Below are positions 1 through 8,752 of a stretch of 64,000 nucleotides of DNA, piece by piece. The stretch lies in the NCBI GenBank assembly GCA_001464355.1, contig LNEU01000024.1, positions 49,063 through 113,062 on the forward strand. Direction: 5' to 3'. Under the pieces are notes generated by a model that was not told the DNA's origin, ran no database searches, and worked only from the letters and a program-made list of their open reading frames with translations. The stretch comes from Burkholderiales bacterium Ga0077544 (GTDB lineage Bacteria > Pseudomonadota > Gammaproteobacteria > Burkholderiales > Burkholderiaceae_D). The position numbers and the translations under genes were made by a program. The stretch's first letter is position 1. Each line of letters starts with the position of its first letter.

Positions 1-2
1 AG

Positions 3-128
3 GATATTGCCGAACTGAATATCGGCCACGCTATCGTCGCGCATGCGGTGTTCGTCGGCTGGCAAAATGCGGTGCGTGAAATGAAGGCGATCATGACTGC
101 TGCGCGTTTGGGTGGAGTGCACAAATGA
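3..128 (+). CDS. pdxJ: pyridoxine 5'-phosphate synthase, C-terminal fragment (5' end lies outside the window)
   Basis: Frame 3 reads [41 protein letters not shown]-stop, which resembles the conserved PdxJ C-terminus. The stop overlaps the acpS start (ATGA). pdxJ-acpS adjacency is as in E. coli. Confidence 0.6.
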   Translation, partial: DIAELNIGHAIVAHAVFVGWQNAVREMKAIMTAARLGGVHK

Positions 129-517
129 TTTATGGCATCGGTACCGATATCATGAAAATAGACCGTATCGCGGCTGCCCTTGAGCGTCACGGTGATCGGT
201 TTGCCGAACGCATACTTGGTGAGCAAGAGCTGGAAAAATATCATCGACGCAAAGCCAAAGTGGCGGCACGCGGCTTGCGTTTTCTGGCGACTCGCTTTGC
301 GGCCAAAGAAGCTTTTTCAAAAGCGATAGGCTTGGGCATACACATGCCTATGACCTGGCGTTCGGCGCAGATTTTAAATGCACCCAGTGGTAAACCTATC
401 GTCGTTACCAGTGGCAAACTGGCAGAATATATGGAAATGAATGGACTGACCGCGCAAGTTTCGATTACAGATGAAGTCGAGTACGCGGTCGCTTTTGTGA
501 TTGTGGAGAAAAAATGA
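125..517 (+). CDS. acpS: holo-[acyl-carrier-protein] synthase
   Basis: 130-aa ORF with the N-terminal GIGTDI motif and a [10 protein letters not shown] segment typical of AcpS-type phosphopantetheinyl transferases. Confidence 0.9.
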   Translation: MIYGIGTDIMKIDRIAAALERHGDRFAERILGEQELEKYHRRKAKVAARGLRFLATRFAAKEAFSKAIGLGIHMPMTWRSAQILNAPSGKPIVVTSGKLAEYMEMNGLTAQVSITDEVEYAVAFVIVEKK

Positions 518-1587
518 ATGCAGCAGTGGCTACAAATTCAGCAGCAGATGTGAATCTCGGCTTTGGTCCAGTCATGCTGGACGTGGTCGGTACCGAATTA
601 ACAGCAGACGACATACGCAGAATTCAACATCCATTAACCGGTGGTGTGATTCTGTTTGCGCGTAACTACAAGAACCGAGCACAACTGACTGCGTTGACTG
701 CAGCGATACATGCAGCACGTCCAGGCATCGTGATAGCTGTTGATCACGAGGGAGGTCGCGTGCAGCGTTTTAAAACCGACGGCTTTACGCATTTACCAGC
801 GATGCGCAAGTTGGGTGCCTTGTGGGATAAAGACGTTTTGGCTGCGACCAAAGCGGCGACCGATGTCGGGTACGTGCTGGCAGCAGAATTGCGTGCTTGT
901 GGCGTCGATTTGTCGTTTACGCCTGTGCTCGATCTAGACTATGGCGAATCGGGCGTGATCGGCGACCGTGCATTTCATCGCGATGCACGTGTAGTCAGTT
1001 TGTTGGCCAAGAGTTTGAATCACGGCTTGATGCTGGCCGGCATGCTGAACTGCGGCAAACATTTTCCCGGCCACGGTTTTGTCAAAGCAGATTCGCATCT
1101 GGAAGTTCCAGTTGATGAACGCGAGTTGACAGAAATTCTGGCTGAGGATGCCGCACCTTACGACTGGCTTGGTTTGAGCCTCGCTGGCGTGATGCCGGCT
1201 CATGTTATTTATCCCAAGGTGGATAAACATCCTGCTGGTTTTTCACGCAAGTGGTTGACGATGTTACGCAAGGATTTTGGTTTTGACGGCATTATCTTCA
1301 GCGACGATTTAAGTATGGAAGGCGCGAGTGTCGCAGGTAACGTGATTGAAGGCGCGCATGCTGCATTGGCCGCTGGCTGCGACATGGTCTTGATCTGCAA
1401 TTCACCTGACAAGGCAGATCAGTTGTTGGGTGGCTTGAAGATTAAAGACGGCAAGGCCATGCAACAATCCGCAGCACGCATCGCTGCATTGACCCCACAA
1501 GCACCAGTCTTGGCGTGGAATGATCTGCAAGTCGAAGCTCGCTATATCGCGGCCAAGAAAGCGGCATTGTCGCTGGCTGCAGGCTGA
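514..1587 (+). CDS. nagZ: beta-N-acetylhexosaminidase (GH3, peptidoglycan recycling)
   Basis: 357 aa with glycoside hydrolase family 3 motifs ([20 protein letters not shown]) and NagZ-like size. The start overlaps the acpS stop. Confidence 0.9.
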   Translation: MNAAVATNSAADVNLGFGPVMLDVVGTELTADDIRRIQHPLTGGVILFARNYKNRAQLTALTAAIHAARPGIVIAVDHEGGRVQRFKTDGFTHLPAMRKLGALWDKDVLAATKAATDVGYVLAAELRACGVDLSFTPVLDLDYGESGVIGDRAFHRDARVVSLLAKSLNHGLMLAGMLNCGKHFPGHGFVKADSHLEVPVDERELTEILAEDAAPYDWLGLSLAGVMPAHVIYPKVDKHPAGFSRKWLTMLRKDFGFDGIIFSDDLSMEGASVAGNVIEGAHAALAAGCDMVLICNSPDKADQLLGGLKIKDGKAMQQSAARIAALTPQAPVLAWNDLQVEARYIAAKKAALSLAAG

Positions 1588-1628
1588 TGATGTTTTCCGG
1601 TTTTCGATAATGGGCAGGTAAGAGCAAC

Positions 1629-3485
1629 ATGTCTGACATTGAAACACCAGATCCGCGCGCAGTCGTGCTGGAAACGGTAGCCAAGCTGCCGCACCTGCCT
1701 GGCGTGTATCGCTATTTTGATGCAGACAACAACCTGCTATATGTCGGCAAGGCACGCGATTTGAAGAAGCGTGTTTCCAGCTACTTCCTGAAAAATCTCG
1801 CCAGCCCGCGTACTGCCTTGATGGTCGAAAAGATCGTGCGTCTGGAAACGACGGTCACGCGTAGCGAAGCCGAAGCGCTGCTGCTTGAGAATAATCTGAT
1901 CAAGACTTTGCAGCCGCGTTACAACATCCTGTTTCGCGATGATAAATCCTATCCATATCTTAAAATCACCGGCCAGGAATTTCCGCGCATGGCCTACTAT
2001 CGTGGCGCGGTAGATAAAAAAAATCAGTACTTCGGTCCTTTCCCTAGTGGTTGGGCAGTCAAGGAATCGATGCAGATTCTGCAGAAGGTATTTCTGCTGC
2101 GCACCTGTGAAGATTCCGTGTTCGCCAATCGCACACGGCCTTGCTTGCTGCATCAAATTCATCGTTGCAGCGGACCTTGCGTCAATTACATCAGCCGTGA
2201 AGATTACGCATTGGATGTCGATAATGCGGCGAAATTTTTGCGTGGCCGGCAGACCGAGGTGCTGGAAGTTTTGCAGGCCAAGATGTTGACCTATGCGGAA
2301 GAATTGAAATTCGAGCAGGCTGCACTGGTGCGCAATCAAATCAACGCCTTGTCACGCGTACTACACCAGCAAAGTATGGAAACCGGTGGTGATGCGGATA
2401 TCGATATCATTGCAGTGATCGTGCAGGGCGGCCGCGCTTGCGTCAATCTGGCGATGGTGCGTGGCGGGCGCCATTTGGGTGATCGCGCCTACTTTCCTAC
2501 GCATGTCGACAACGTGCTGATGAATGCCGAAGAGTCGGTTGCGGCAGAAGTGATGAAGGCTTTTCTCGCACAGCATTACATCGATAAATTCATTCCCGGA
2601 ACATTGGTGTTGAATACGGAATTTGACGAGCCTGAGTTGATGCTGGCGCTGATGGAACAATGTGGTCATCGCATCAATCTGGTATTTCAACCACAGGAAC
2701 CGCGACGTCAGTGGCTGGAAATGGCACAGAAGGGTGCCGAGATTTCCTTGGCTCGCTTGTTGTCGGAGCAGGGTTCGCAGCAAACGCGCACGCGCATGCT
2801 GATCGATGCATTGAAGATAGACGTGGAAGATATAGAAGCCTTTCGCGTCGAGTGCTTCGACATCAGTCACACACAGGGCGAGGCGACGCAGGCTTCATGC
2901 GTCGTGTTTCATCATCACGCTATGCAAAATGGCGAATACCGCCGTTACAACATCAACGACATCACGCCGGGGGACGATTACGCAGCAATGCGACAGGTGC
3001 TGATGCGTCGCTATGAAAAAGTCGCGAATGGCGATGGTGTGATGCCTGACGTAGTATTGATCGATGGCGGTAAAGGTCAGGTAGAAATGGCACGTCAGGT
3101 ATTTGTCGAACTTGGACTGGATATCAGTCTGATTGTGGGCGTATCAAAAGGTGAGGGTCGCAAGGTCGGCCTGGAGACGCTGGTTTTCGTCGATGGCCGC
3201 GCTTCGCAAGAGCTGGGCAAGGAGTCCGGCGCCTTGATGCTGATCGCACAAATCCGCGACGAAGCACATCGCTTTGCCATTACCGGCATGCGCGCCAAGC
3301 GTGCCAAGGCTCGTCAGACTTCACGTCTGGAAGAGATTGAAGGCATTGGTGCAAAACGGCGACAAAAATTACTGGCGCGTTTTGGAGGCTTGCGTGGCGT
3401 GGTGGATGCCAGCGTTGAAGATTTATCATCGGTCGAAGGCATTTCTCGCCAATTGGCAGAAGACATTTACAAGCAATTGCATTAG
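1629..3485 (+). CDS. uvrC: excinuclease ABC subunit C
   Basis: 618 aa with a GIY-YIG N-terminus ([15 protein letters not shown]), central UvrC region and C-terminal helix-hairpin-helix region. Confidence 0.95.
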   Translation: MSDIETPDPRAVVLETVAKLPHLPGVYRYFDADNNLLYVGKARDLKKRVSSYFLKNLASPRTALMVEKIVRLETTVTRSEAEALLLENNLIKTLQPRYNILFRDDKSYPYLKITGQEFPRMAYYRGAVDKKNQYFGPFPSGWAVKESMQILQKVFLLRTCEDSVFANRTRPCLLHQIHRCSGPCVNYISREDYALDVDNAAKFLRGRQTEVLEVLQAKMLTYAEELKFEQAALVRNQINALSRVLHQQSMETGGDADIDIIAVIVQGGRACVNLAMVRGGRHLGDRAYFPTHVDNVLMNAEESVAAEVMKAFLAQHYIDKFIPGTLVLNTEFDEPELMLALMEQCGHRINLVFQPQEPRRQWLEMAQKGAEISLARLLSEQGSQQTRTRMLIDALKIDVEDIEAFRVECFDISHTQGEATQASCVVFHHHAMQNGEYRRYNINDITPGDDYAAMRQVLMRRYEKVANGDGVMPDVVLIDGGKGQVEMARQVFVELGLDISLIVGVSKGEGRKVGLETLVFVDGRASQELGKESGALMLIAQIRDEAHRFAITGMRAKRAKARQTSRLEEIEGIGAKRRQKLLARFGGLRGVVDASVEDLSSVEGISRQLAEDIYKQLH

Positions 3486-3544
3486 ATTACGGGTGCGCAT
3501 GCAACGCGTGCATTGTGCACATTCATGAAAATGTAAAGTTTGAT

Positions 3545-4132
3545 ATGCCCTTCAATATACCTATTCTTCTTACCTGGTTGCGCGTCGCGCTGATTCCGCT
3601 GATGGTGGGCGTGTTATACATTCCGGATGCATGGTTAGGCTCGTTTAATAAGACACAGGGTCTTGCTGCTACCTTGATTTTTATTGTGGCTGCACTGACT
3701 GACTGGATAGATGGTTTTCTCGCTCGTCGGTGGAATCAGACTTCTGCTTTCGGTGCTTTCCTGGATCCGGTAGCGGACAAACTGATGGTTGCCGGTGCGC
3801 TGTTGGTACTGATAGAACTTGATCGTGTGAATGCAGTCATCGCCTTCATCATCATAGGCCGTGAGATCACGATTTCAGCCTTGCGCGAGTGGATGGCACA
3901 GATAGGTGCATCGAAATCGGTAGCAGTCAGCTCACTTGGCAAGATAAAAACGATTGCGCAAATGGTCGCGATCCCGATGCTGCTTTACTACGACAGTATC
4001 TGGGGTATCAATCTCAAATTCTGGGGCGATATTCTGTTATGGGTCGCTGCGGTACTGACGGTATGGTCGATGTTTTATTATTTACGCAAGGCGTGGCCAC
4101 TGATCAAGGAAAGCGCAGGGCATTTGCTTTAA
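3545..4132 (+). CDS. pgsA: CDP-diacylglycerol--glycerol-3-phosphate 3-phosphatidyltransferase
   Basis: ORF 3515..4132. Start placed at ATG 3545 (MPFNIPILLTWLRV). CDP-alcohol phosphatidyltransferase motif DWIDGFLAR..GAFLDPVADK. Multi-TM protein. Confidence 0.9.
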   Translation: MPFNIPILLTWLRVALIPLMVGVLYIPDAWLGSFNKTQGLAATLIFIVAALTDWIDGFLARRWNQTSAFGAFLDPVADKLMVAGALLVLIELDRVNAVIAFIIIGREITISALREWMAQIGASKSVAVSSLGKIKTIAQMVAIPMLLYYDSIWGINLKFWGDILLWVAAVLTVWSMFYYLRKAWPLIKESAGHLL

Positions 4133-4150
4133 GTTTGCGCGCTGGAGTGC

Positions 4151-4178
4151 TTGACAACGAAAGGTATTCCTCTATAAT
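4151..4178 (+). promoter_or_regulatory. sigma-70-type promoter for the tRNA cluster
   Basis: TTGACA (4151-4156), 16-nt spacer, TATAAT (4173-4178). The -10 element ends 17 nt upstream of the mature 5' end of tRNA-Gly. Confidence 0.55.
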
Positions 4179-4195
4179 GTGCACCTGTTGTTGAT

Positions 4196-4271
4196 GCGGG
4201 AGTAGCTCAGTTGGTAGAGCGCAACCTTGCCAAGGTTGAGGTCGAGAGTTCGAGACTCTTCTCCCGCTCCA
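4196..4271 (+). tRNA. glyW: tRNA-Gly (anticodon GCC)
   Basis: 76 nt. Acceptor stem GCGGGAG/CTCCCGC, anticodon loop CTTGCCAAG, T-loop GGTTCGAGA-like segment, encoded CCA end. Confidence 0.95.
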
Positions 4272-4280
4272 GATTTATAA

Positions 4281-4308
4281 AAGGGAGCTGATCCAGCTTC
4301 CTTTTTTA
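4281..4308 (+). terminator. hairpin plus T-run after the first tRNA-Gly (terminator or processing structure)
   Basis: AAGGGAGCTG-atc-CAGCTTCCTT (10 bp including one G-U pair) followed by TTTTT. Confidence 0.5.
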
Positions 4309-4378
4309 TTGATTGATACGCTGTACTAATTTCAATCAAGGTTTTATCGGTAGTGTTGGGATGGTTTTTGAAATACAT

Positions 4379-4454
4379 GCGGGAGTAGCTCAGTTGGTAG
4401 AGCGCAACCTTGCCAAGGTTGAGGTCGAGAGTTCGAGACTCTTCTCCCGCTCCA
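4379..4454 (+). tRNA. tRNA-Gly (anticodon GCC), second copy
   Basis: Identical in sequence to 4196-4271. Confidence 0.95.
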
Positions 4455-4463
4455 GATTTTCAA

Positions 4464-4494
4464 AAGAGGAAGCTGTTCAAGCTTCCTTTTTTAT
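4464..4494 (+). terminator. hairpin plus T-run after the second tRNA-Gly
   Basis: GGAAGC-tgttcaa-GCTTCC, extended by A/T pairs, followed by a T-run. Confidence 0.55.
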
Positions 4495-4613
4495 TCGTGA
4501 GCAGTATCAGGTTTTGCTAAGTAAGTTCAGTAAATAAGTTTAACAAGTAAGTTTTAGTGTTTCGTTTGTGCTGCACGATGCGATTTTGATTTCGCGGTAC
4601 AATACGGACCCGT

Positions 4614-4687
4614 GGCGGGGTAGCAAAGTGGTTATGCAGCGGCCTGCAAAGCCGTTTACGCCGGTTCGATCCCGACCCCCGCCTCCA
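4614..4687 (+). tRNA. cysT: tRNA-Cys (anticodon GCA)
   Basis: 74 nt. Acceptor GGCGGGG/CCCCGCC, anticodon loop CCTGCAAAG, GGTTCGATCCC T-arm, CCA end. Confidence 0.93.
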
Positions 4688-4695
4688 GTTTTTTC

Positions 4696-4720
4696 AAAAG
4701 CGCCGTCGGCGCTTTTATTT
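4696..4720 (+). terminator. intrinsic terminator-like hairpin after tRNA-Cys
   Basis: AAAGCGCC-gtc-GGCGCTTT followed by TATTTTGTTTT. Confidence 0.6.
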
Positions 4721-4778
4721 TGTTTTACGGCCTTGTTTTAGAATTTTGTTTTAAGATCGTGCTTTAAAGCGTGAACAT

Positions 4779-4865
4779 GCCCGGGTGGTGAAATCGGTAG
4801 ACACAAGGGACTTAAAATCCCTCGCTCTAATAGGCGTGCCGGTTCAAGTCCGGCCCCGGGCACCA
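4779..4865 (+). tRNA. leuZ: tRNA-Leu (anticodon TAA), class II with long variable arm
   Basis: 87 nt. Acceptor GCCCGGG/CCCGGGC, anticodon loop ACTTAAAAT, long variable arm, GGTTCAAGTCC T-arm, CCA end. Confidence 0.93.
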
Positions 4866-4870
4866 AACTC

Positions 4871-5293
4871 ATGAAAGTCTATAACCTCTGCTGTGAACTG
4901 GATCATCGCTTCGAAGGATGGTTTTCTTCCGAGGATGACTTTCTGACGCAATCCTCGCAGCATTTGATCGCATGCCCACTCTGCGGCAACCATACGATTA
5001 AACGCCTGCCTTCTTCTCCACGTTTAAATATTTCCGGTGCAACGGCACGTGTGCATGACGAGTCCAATCGCGCACAGGATCAGTTGATGGAGTTTGCACG
5101 TCAATTGATTGCCCATACCGAAGACGTTGGAAATCAATTCGCCGAAGAAGTACGCCGCATGCATTACAAGGAAGCCGCTGAGCGCGGCATTCGCGGTGTG
5201 GCAACGTCTGAAGAACGCGCCGAATTGGCCGACGAAGGAATTGATGTCGTATCCTTGCCTTTGCCAGATCATTTGAAGCAAGTGCTTCAGTAA
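4871..5293 (+). CDS. DUF1178-family zinc-ribbon protein
   Basis: 140 aa. The N-terminus MKVYNLCCELDHRFEGWF...CPLCGN resembles DUF1178 proteins as I recall them. The start codon lies 5 nt after the tRNA-Leu CCA. Confidence 0.75.
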   Translation: MKVYNLCCELDHRFEGWFSSEDDFLTQSSQHLIACPLCGNHTIKRLPSSPRLNISGATARVHDESNRAQDQLMEFARQLIAHTEDVGNQFAEEVRRMHYKEAAERGIRGVATSEERAELADEGIDVVSLPLPDHLKQVLQ

Positions 5294-5309
5294 ACCGACA
5301 GGAAACATC

Positions 5310-5765
5310 ATGCGTCATATCGCATCGCTGGCTGATTTAAAAAATTTAGTCGGACAGGAAGTTGCCGTGTCCGGCTGGATCAAAATCGATCAGGCGCGCA
5401 TCAATCTGTTTGCCCAAGCAAGCGGCGATCATCAGTGGATACACGTCGATGTCGAGCGCTGCCGGAATGAGTCGCCATATGGCACACCGATTGCGCATGG
5501 TTTTTTGACCTTGTCATTGTTGCCGATGTTGTTGCAGTCTTCGATCACGTTCCCACCTTGCAAATTGGCGGTGAACTATGGTTTGAATAGAGCGCGCTTT
5601 CCTGCTCCCATGCAAGTCGATCAGTGCATGCGCGCGCGCATGACCTTGCAAGCGGCGGAAGATATTGCCGGTGGCGTACAGATGGTGTGGGAAGTTGTCC
5701 TTGAGTGTGACGTAGCAGACAAGCCGGTGTGTGTTGCAGAGCTGATACTGCGGCACTACGACTAG
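5310..5765 (+). CDS. MaoC/NodN-like (hot-dog fold) dehydratase
   Basis: 151 aa with the segment GDHQWIHVD...GTPIAHGFLTLSL typical of MaoC-like hydratase domains. Confidence 0.8.
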   Translation: MRHIASLADLKNLVGQEVAVSGWIKIDQARINLFAQASGDHQWIHVDVERCRNESPYGTPIAHGFLTLSLLPMLLQSSITFPPCKLAVNYGLNRARFPAPMQVDQCMRARMTLQAAEDIAGGVQMVWEVVLECDVADKPVCVAELILRHYD

Positions 5766-5780
5766 CGACACTCGTTGGTT

Positions 5781-5815
5781 CAGGCGGATTTTCTTTTGTG
5801 AATAATGTCCGCCTG
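5781..5815. terminator. hairpin between convergent genes (possible bidirectional terminator)
   Basis: CAGGCGGA-19 nt-TCCGCCTG, located between the MaoC stop (5765) and the GST stop (5827). Confidence 0.35.
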
Positions 5816-5826
5816 CTTAAGGCTAT

Positions 5827-6519
5827 TCAGTGCTTCGCGTACTGCGTCGCGCCAAATAATATTTCCTTGGCCTTATCGTCGGCAATCGGTTTACGTACAT
5901 CGGTAAAAAGCGTGACGCCTTTTTGTACGGCGGGTCGTTCGTTGATGATGTTGAACCAGCGTTGTACGTTGGGATAGTCGGATAATTCAATTCCCTGTTT
6001 TTCCCAAGAGCGCAGCCATGGGAACGTCGCAATGTCGGCAATCGTGTAGTCATCGCCTGCGAGGTAAGCACTTTCTGCCAGGCGCTTATCGATTACGCCA
6101 TACAGGCGTTTTGCTTCATTGGTGTAACGGTTGTACGCATAGTCGATCTTTTCGGGTGCGTAAATGCGGAAGTGGTGAGCTTGACCTAGCATTGGTCCAA
6201 CGCCACCCATCTGAAACATTAACCATTGCAGTGTTGTGAATTTTTCTCTGTCGCTGTTGCCAAGGAATTTCCCGACTTTGCTGGCGAGATAAACCAGGAT
6301 CGCACCGGATTCAAATAAGGAAATCGGTTTGCCGTCAGGGCCGTCGCTGTCGATAATTGCAGGGATCTTGTTGTTGGGCGAAATAGCCAGAAAGTCTTTT
6401 GTGAACTGGTCGCCGTTACCGATATCGATGTGATGCGTGCGGTAAGACAAGCCGCATTCTTCCAGCATGATGTGTACTTTGTGGCCATTGGGCGTGGCGG
6501 TGGAATAAACGTCTATCAA
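5827..6519 (-). CDS. glutathione S-transferase, YfcG/YghU-like (Nu class)
   Basis: 230 aa. MIDVYSTATPNGHKV..ISPNNKIPAI..ESGAIL.YLA aligns from memory with E. coli YfcG. TTG start preceded by a GGAG Shine-Dalgarno. Confidence 0.85.
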   Translation of the reverse strand: MIDVYSTATPNGHKVHIMLEECGLSYRTHHIDIGNGDQFTKDFLAISPNNKIPAIIDSDGPDGKPISLFESGAILVYLASKVGKFLGNSDREKFTTLQWLMFQMGGVGPMLGQAHHFRIYAPEKIDYAYNRYTNEAKRLYGVIDKRLAESAYLAGDDYTIADIATFPWLRSWEKQGIELSDYPNVQRWFNIINERPAVQKGVTLFTDVRKPIADDKAKEILFGATQYAKH

Positions 6520-6672
6520 TTTCTTCTCCTGAAATAACTGTCGTGAGCAAAATGCGCATGCGCGAAATGTGCTCGCGAATTATGCAGACATTCAGATTTT
6601 TCTGCTGTGACTGCTCGATTGTGTAACTGCTGTTTAGCAATGTCGGACCTCGTTACAGAGATTGCCCGGCGC

Positions 6673-7377
6673 TTACAGACCGCGCGATTTGCGATATTGA
6701 TGCAAGACTTCTTCCATCGATGTGTATCTGGATTCCGATTGCAGCGGCAATAGCGGTGCGTAGTTGATGGTTTGAACAATCCAGTCATTGTGGCGCTCGC
6801 CGACATCCAGCACATTGATGCATCCGGGCGATTGCTCCAGATTGCCTAGGAACAGACGTTGTCCTGTGATGGCGTAGGACAGTACCGCGCGGTTTACGCC
6901 GCCATGCAGTACCAGCAAAATCGTATCCCAGGATGTATCGGCGCGGAGCCTATCAATCACAGGATGAATACGGTCGATTAATTGACCGACGCTTTCGCCA
7001 TCCAGAAATTTCTTGTGTTCTTCTGCCATGCAGGAGAAGGCGCTGGTGAACGCTTCTTCCAGATCATCATCCAGAATATCCTCCAGCACGCCGCCACGCA
7101 CCTCCTGAAATTCCGGCCATTGTTCCAATTCGATAAGCTGGCCGGTCTCTGCCAGCACGCGCAATGCAGATTCAATTGTGCGGGGCAGATTGGATACGAT
7201 CACGCGATCAAAAAGAATGTTCTGCTGGGCGAAAGCCTGGCCCGCAGCACTGGTCTGATTGCGGCCTTTTTCATTTAATGGAACGTCATCTGGCGGATAA
7301 GGCCTGCCGTCCTCATCGAAGTAGGTGACGCTGCCATGACGCATCAGATAAATGCGTCTTCTTTTCGCTGCACTCAT
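6673..7377 (-). CDS. histidine phosphatase (phosphoglycerate mutase) family protein
   Basis: 234 aa with the RHG motif (IYLMRHGSV) and a downstream LVLHGG histidine. Start overlaps the upstream gene's stop (ATGA). Confidence 0.8.
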   Translation of the reverse strand: MSAAKRRRIYLMRHGSVTYFDEDGRPYPPDDVPLNEKGRNQTSAAGQAFAQQNILFDRVIVSNLPRTIESALRVLAETGQLIELEQWPEFQEVRGGVLEDILDDDLEEAFTSAFSCMAEEHKKFLDGESVGQLIDRIHPVIDRLRADTSWDTILLVLHGGVNRAVLSYAITGQRLFLGNLEQSPGCINVLDVGERHNDWIVQTINYAPLLPLQSESRYTSMEEVLHQYRKSRGL

Positions 7378-8153
7378 TTGTAATGCGGCGTGCGCTTTTC
7401 CAGGAAGGCGTTTATTCCTTCCTGCGCATCGCGATGATTCAGGCTATCGACGAAATATCGTTTTTCTACTTCAAAATGCTCAGACAGCGAATGATCGTGT
7501 GCTTCCCGTGACAGCGATTTGATGCGTTCTACTGCATGGCTGGAAAGCGCAGCGAGCTCGTCCGCCCATTGCAATGCAACGTCGAGCGCCGAGCCATCGC
7601 TAACGACGCGATTGATCACGCCCAGTTCATGCAGGCGCGTTGCGAGGACAGGCTTGCCCTCCAGAAGAATCTCGGTAGCCAATTGGCGTGGCAACATCTG
7701 GCTGAGGAACCATGACGCACCGCCATCCGGTGTCAGGCCAACCTTGACGTAAGACATCGAAAATTTGCTCGAGCTGCCTGCAACGATTAAATCGCATGCC
7801 AACGCCAATGAAAAACCGGCACCGGCCGCCGCACCTTCGACCGCAGCCATGACGGGCTTGGGGCAATCGCGTATGGCTTCTATCCATCCACGCAAGCTGT
7901 CAACGGCATCGGCCTGTTTGACTCTATCCTGCGTGCGCAGCTCTAGCAGTGTATTGAGATTGCCACCGGCGCAAAAGAAACGGTCTGCGCCGGTCAGTAT
8001 CACTGTGCGAATTGAATCATCGCGTTCAGCGGTCGACAAGGCTTCAATCGCTGCGGCAAACATATCCGGATGCAGTGCATTTTTTGCACCTGGATTGGAG
8101 AGGGTAAGGATGAGCGTTGCTGCGTGGCGTGATGCCTGGATTTCAGCCGACAT
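7374..8153 (-). CDS. enoyl-CoA hydratase/isomerase (crotonase) family protein
   Basis: 259 aa with crotonase motifs FCAGGNL and AAVEGAAAGAGFSLALACD. Confidence 0.85.
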   Translation of the reverse strand: MSAEIQASRHAATLILTLSNPGAKNALHPDMFAAAIEALSTAERDDSIRTVILTGADRFFCAGGNLNTLLELRTQDRVKQADAVDSLRGWIEAIRDCPKPVMAAVEGAAAGAGFSLALACDLIVAGSSSKFSMSYVKVGLTPDGGASWFLSQMLPRQLATEILLEGKPVLATRLHELGVINRVVSDGSALDVALQWADELAALSSHAVERIKSLSREAHDHSLSEHFEVEKRYFVDSLNHRDAQEGINAFLEKRTPHYK

Positions 8154-8226
8154 AAGGTCTCGATAGAAGAGGGAAGTGTCTGCGAATATACAGCAAGCGC
8201 CCGCTTTTTAGCGCGACAGGCAGCGT

Positions 8227-8697
8227 CTATGAGTCTGCTTGCAAGTGTACTTCTTGCACGACCAAAGCATTCATTGTCCATGCTTCAGGCGTCATGATGG
8301 AGAACAAGCCGTCGCGGCGGGTTTTTCTGGCCAGCTTCAACAGTGCCTTGTCTTTTGTAATCAAGACGTCAGCATTGATATCGCGTGATAGCTCGAGAAA
8401 TTTTTGATCGTCCTTATCCTTGCATATCGGCAGTCTGACCGCAGCATCGCTTGCTGCCGGTATTGGCGTACACCGTATCAAGGCATCGAATTCAGTGGTG
8501 ACCCTTGTGCGTGCTGCATCGTCCAATTTCAGGTGCGGGTAGTGCAGGACAATGCTCCATTCCATTCTGCAATCGTCGCGCGTGACAGCGTCCACCGTGC
8601 CGTTTCGCAAAGCGGCAAGCAATTGGGACCAACGCGGATCGCGGAATACGAACAGATCCAGACAGACATTTGTGTCGAGCACGATGCGCGTCACCAT
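8227..8697 (-). CDS. PIN-domain protein (putative toxin-type ribonuclease, TIGR00305-like)
   Basis: ORF 8227..8778. Start placed at M28 ([14 protein letters not shown]), the canonical PIN N-terminal acidic motif. Later D(Q)KFLEL and ITKDK segments. The start is uncertain (8724 is also possible). Confidence 0.6.
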   Translation of the reverse strand: MVTRIVLDTNVCLDLFVFRDPRWSQLLAALRNGTVDAVTRDDCRMEWSIVLHYPHLKLDDAARTRVTTEFDALIRCTPIPAASDAAVRLPICKDKDDQKFLELSRDINADVLITKDKALLKLARKTRRDGLFSIMTPEAWTMNALVVQEVHLQADS

Positions 8698-8752
8698 CTT
8701 CGGATTCGTTATCTTGGGTATCATAGGCAAAATTAATTTGTTGGAACTGTAC

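Larger units (their letters stand above)
4196..4494. repeat. tandem duplication (period 183 bp) of a tRNA-Gly plus hairpin unit
   Basis: 4196-4271 and 4379-4454 are identical 76-nt tRNA sequences. Each is followed by GATTT..AAAAG.GGAAGCTG..CAGCTTCCTTTTTTATT-like hairpins. Confidence 0.9.

Noticed and set aside
8552-8752. N-terminal extension of the yaaA ORF (the track ORF starts at 8552)
   Set aside because: The extension overlaps the divergent PIN gene. The family-typical N-terminus [13 protein letters not shown] begins at 8753.
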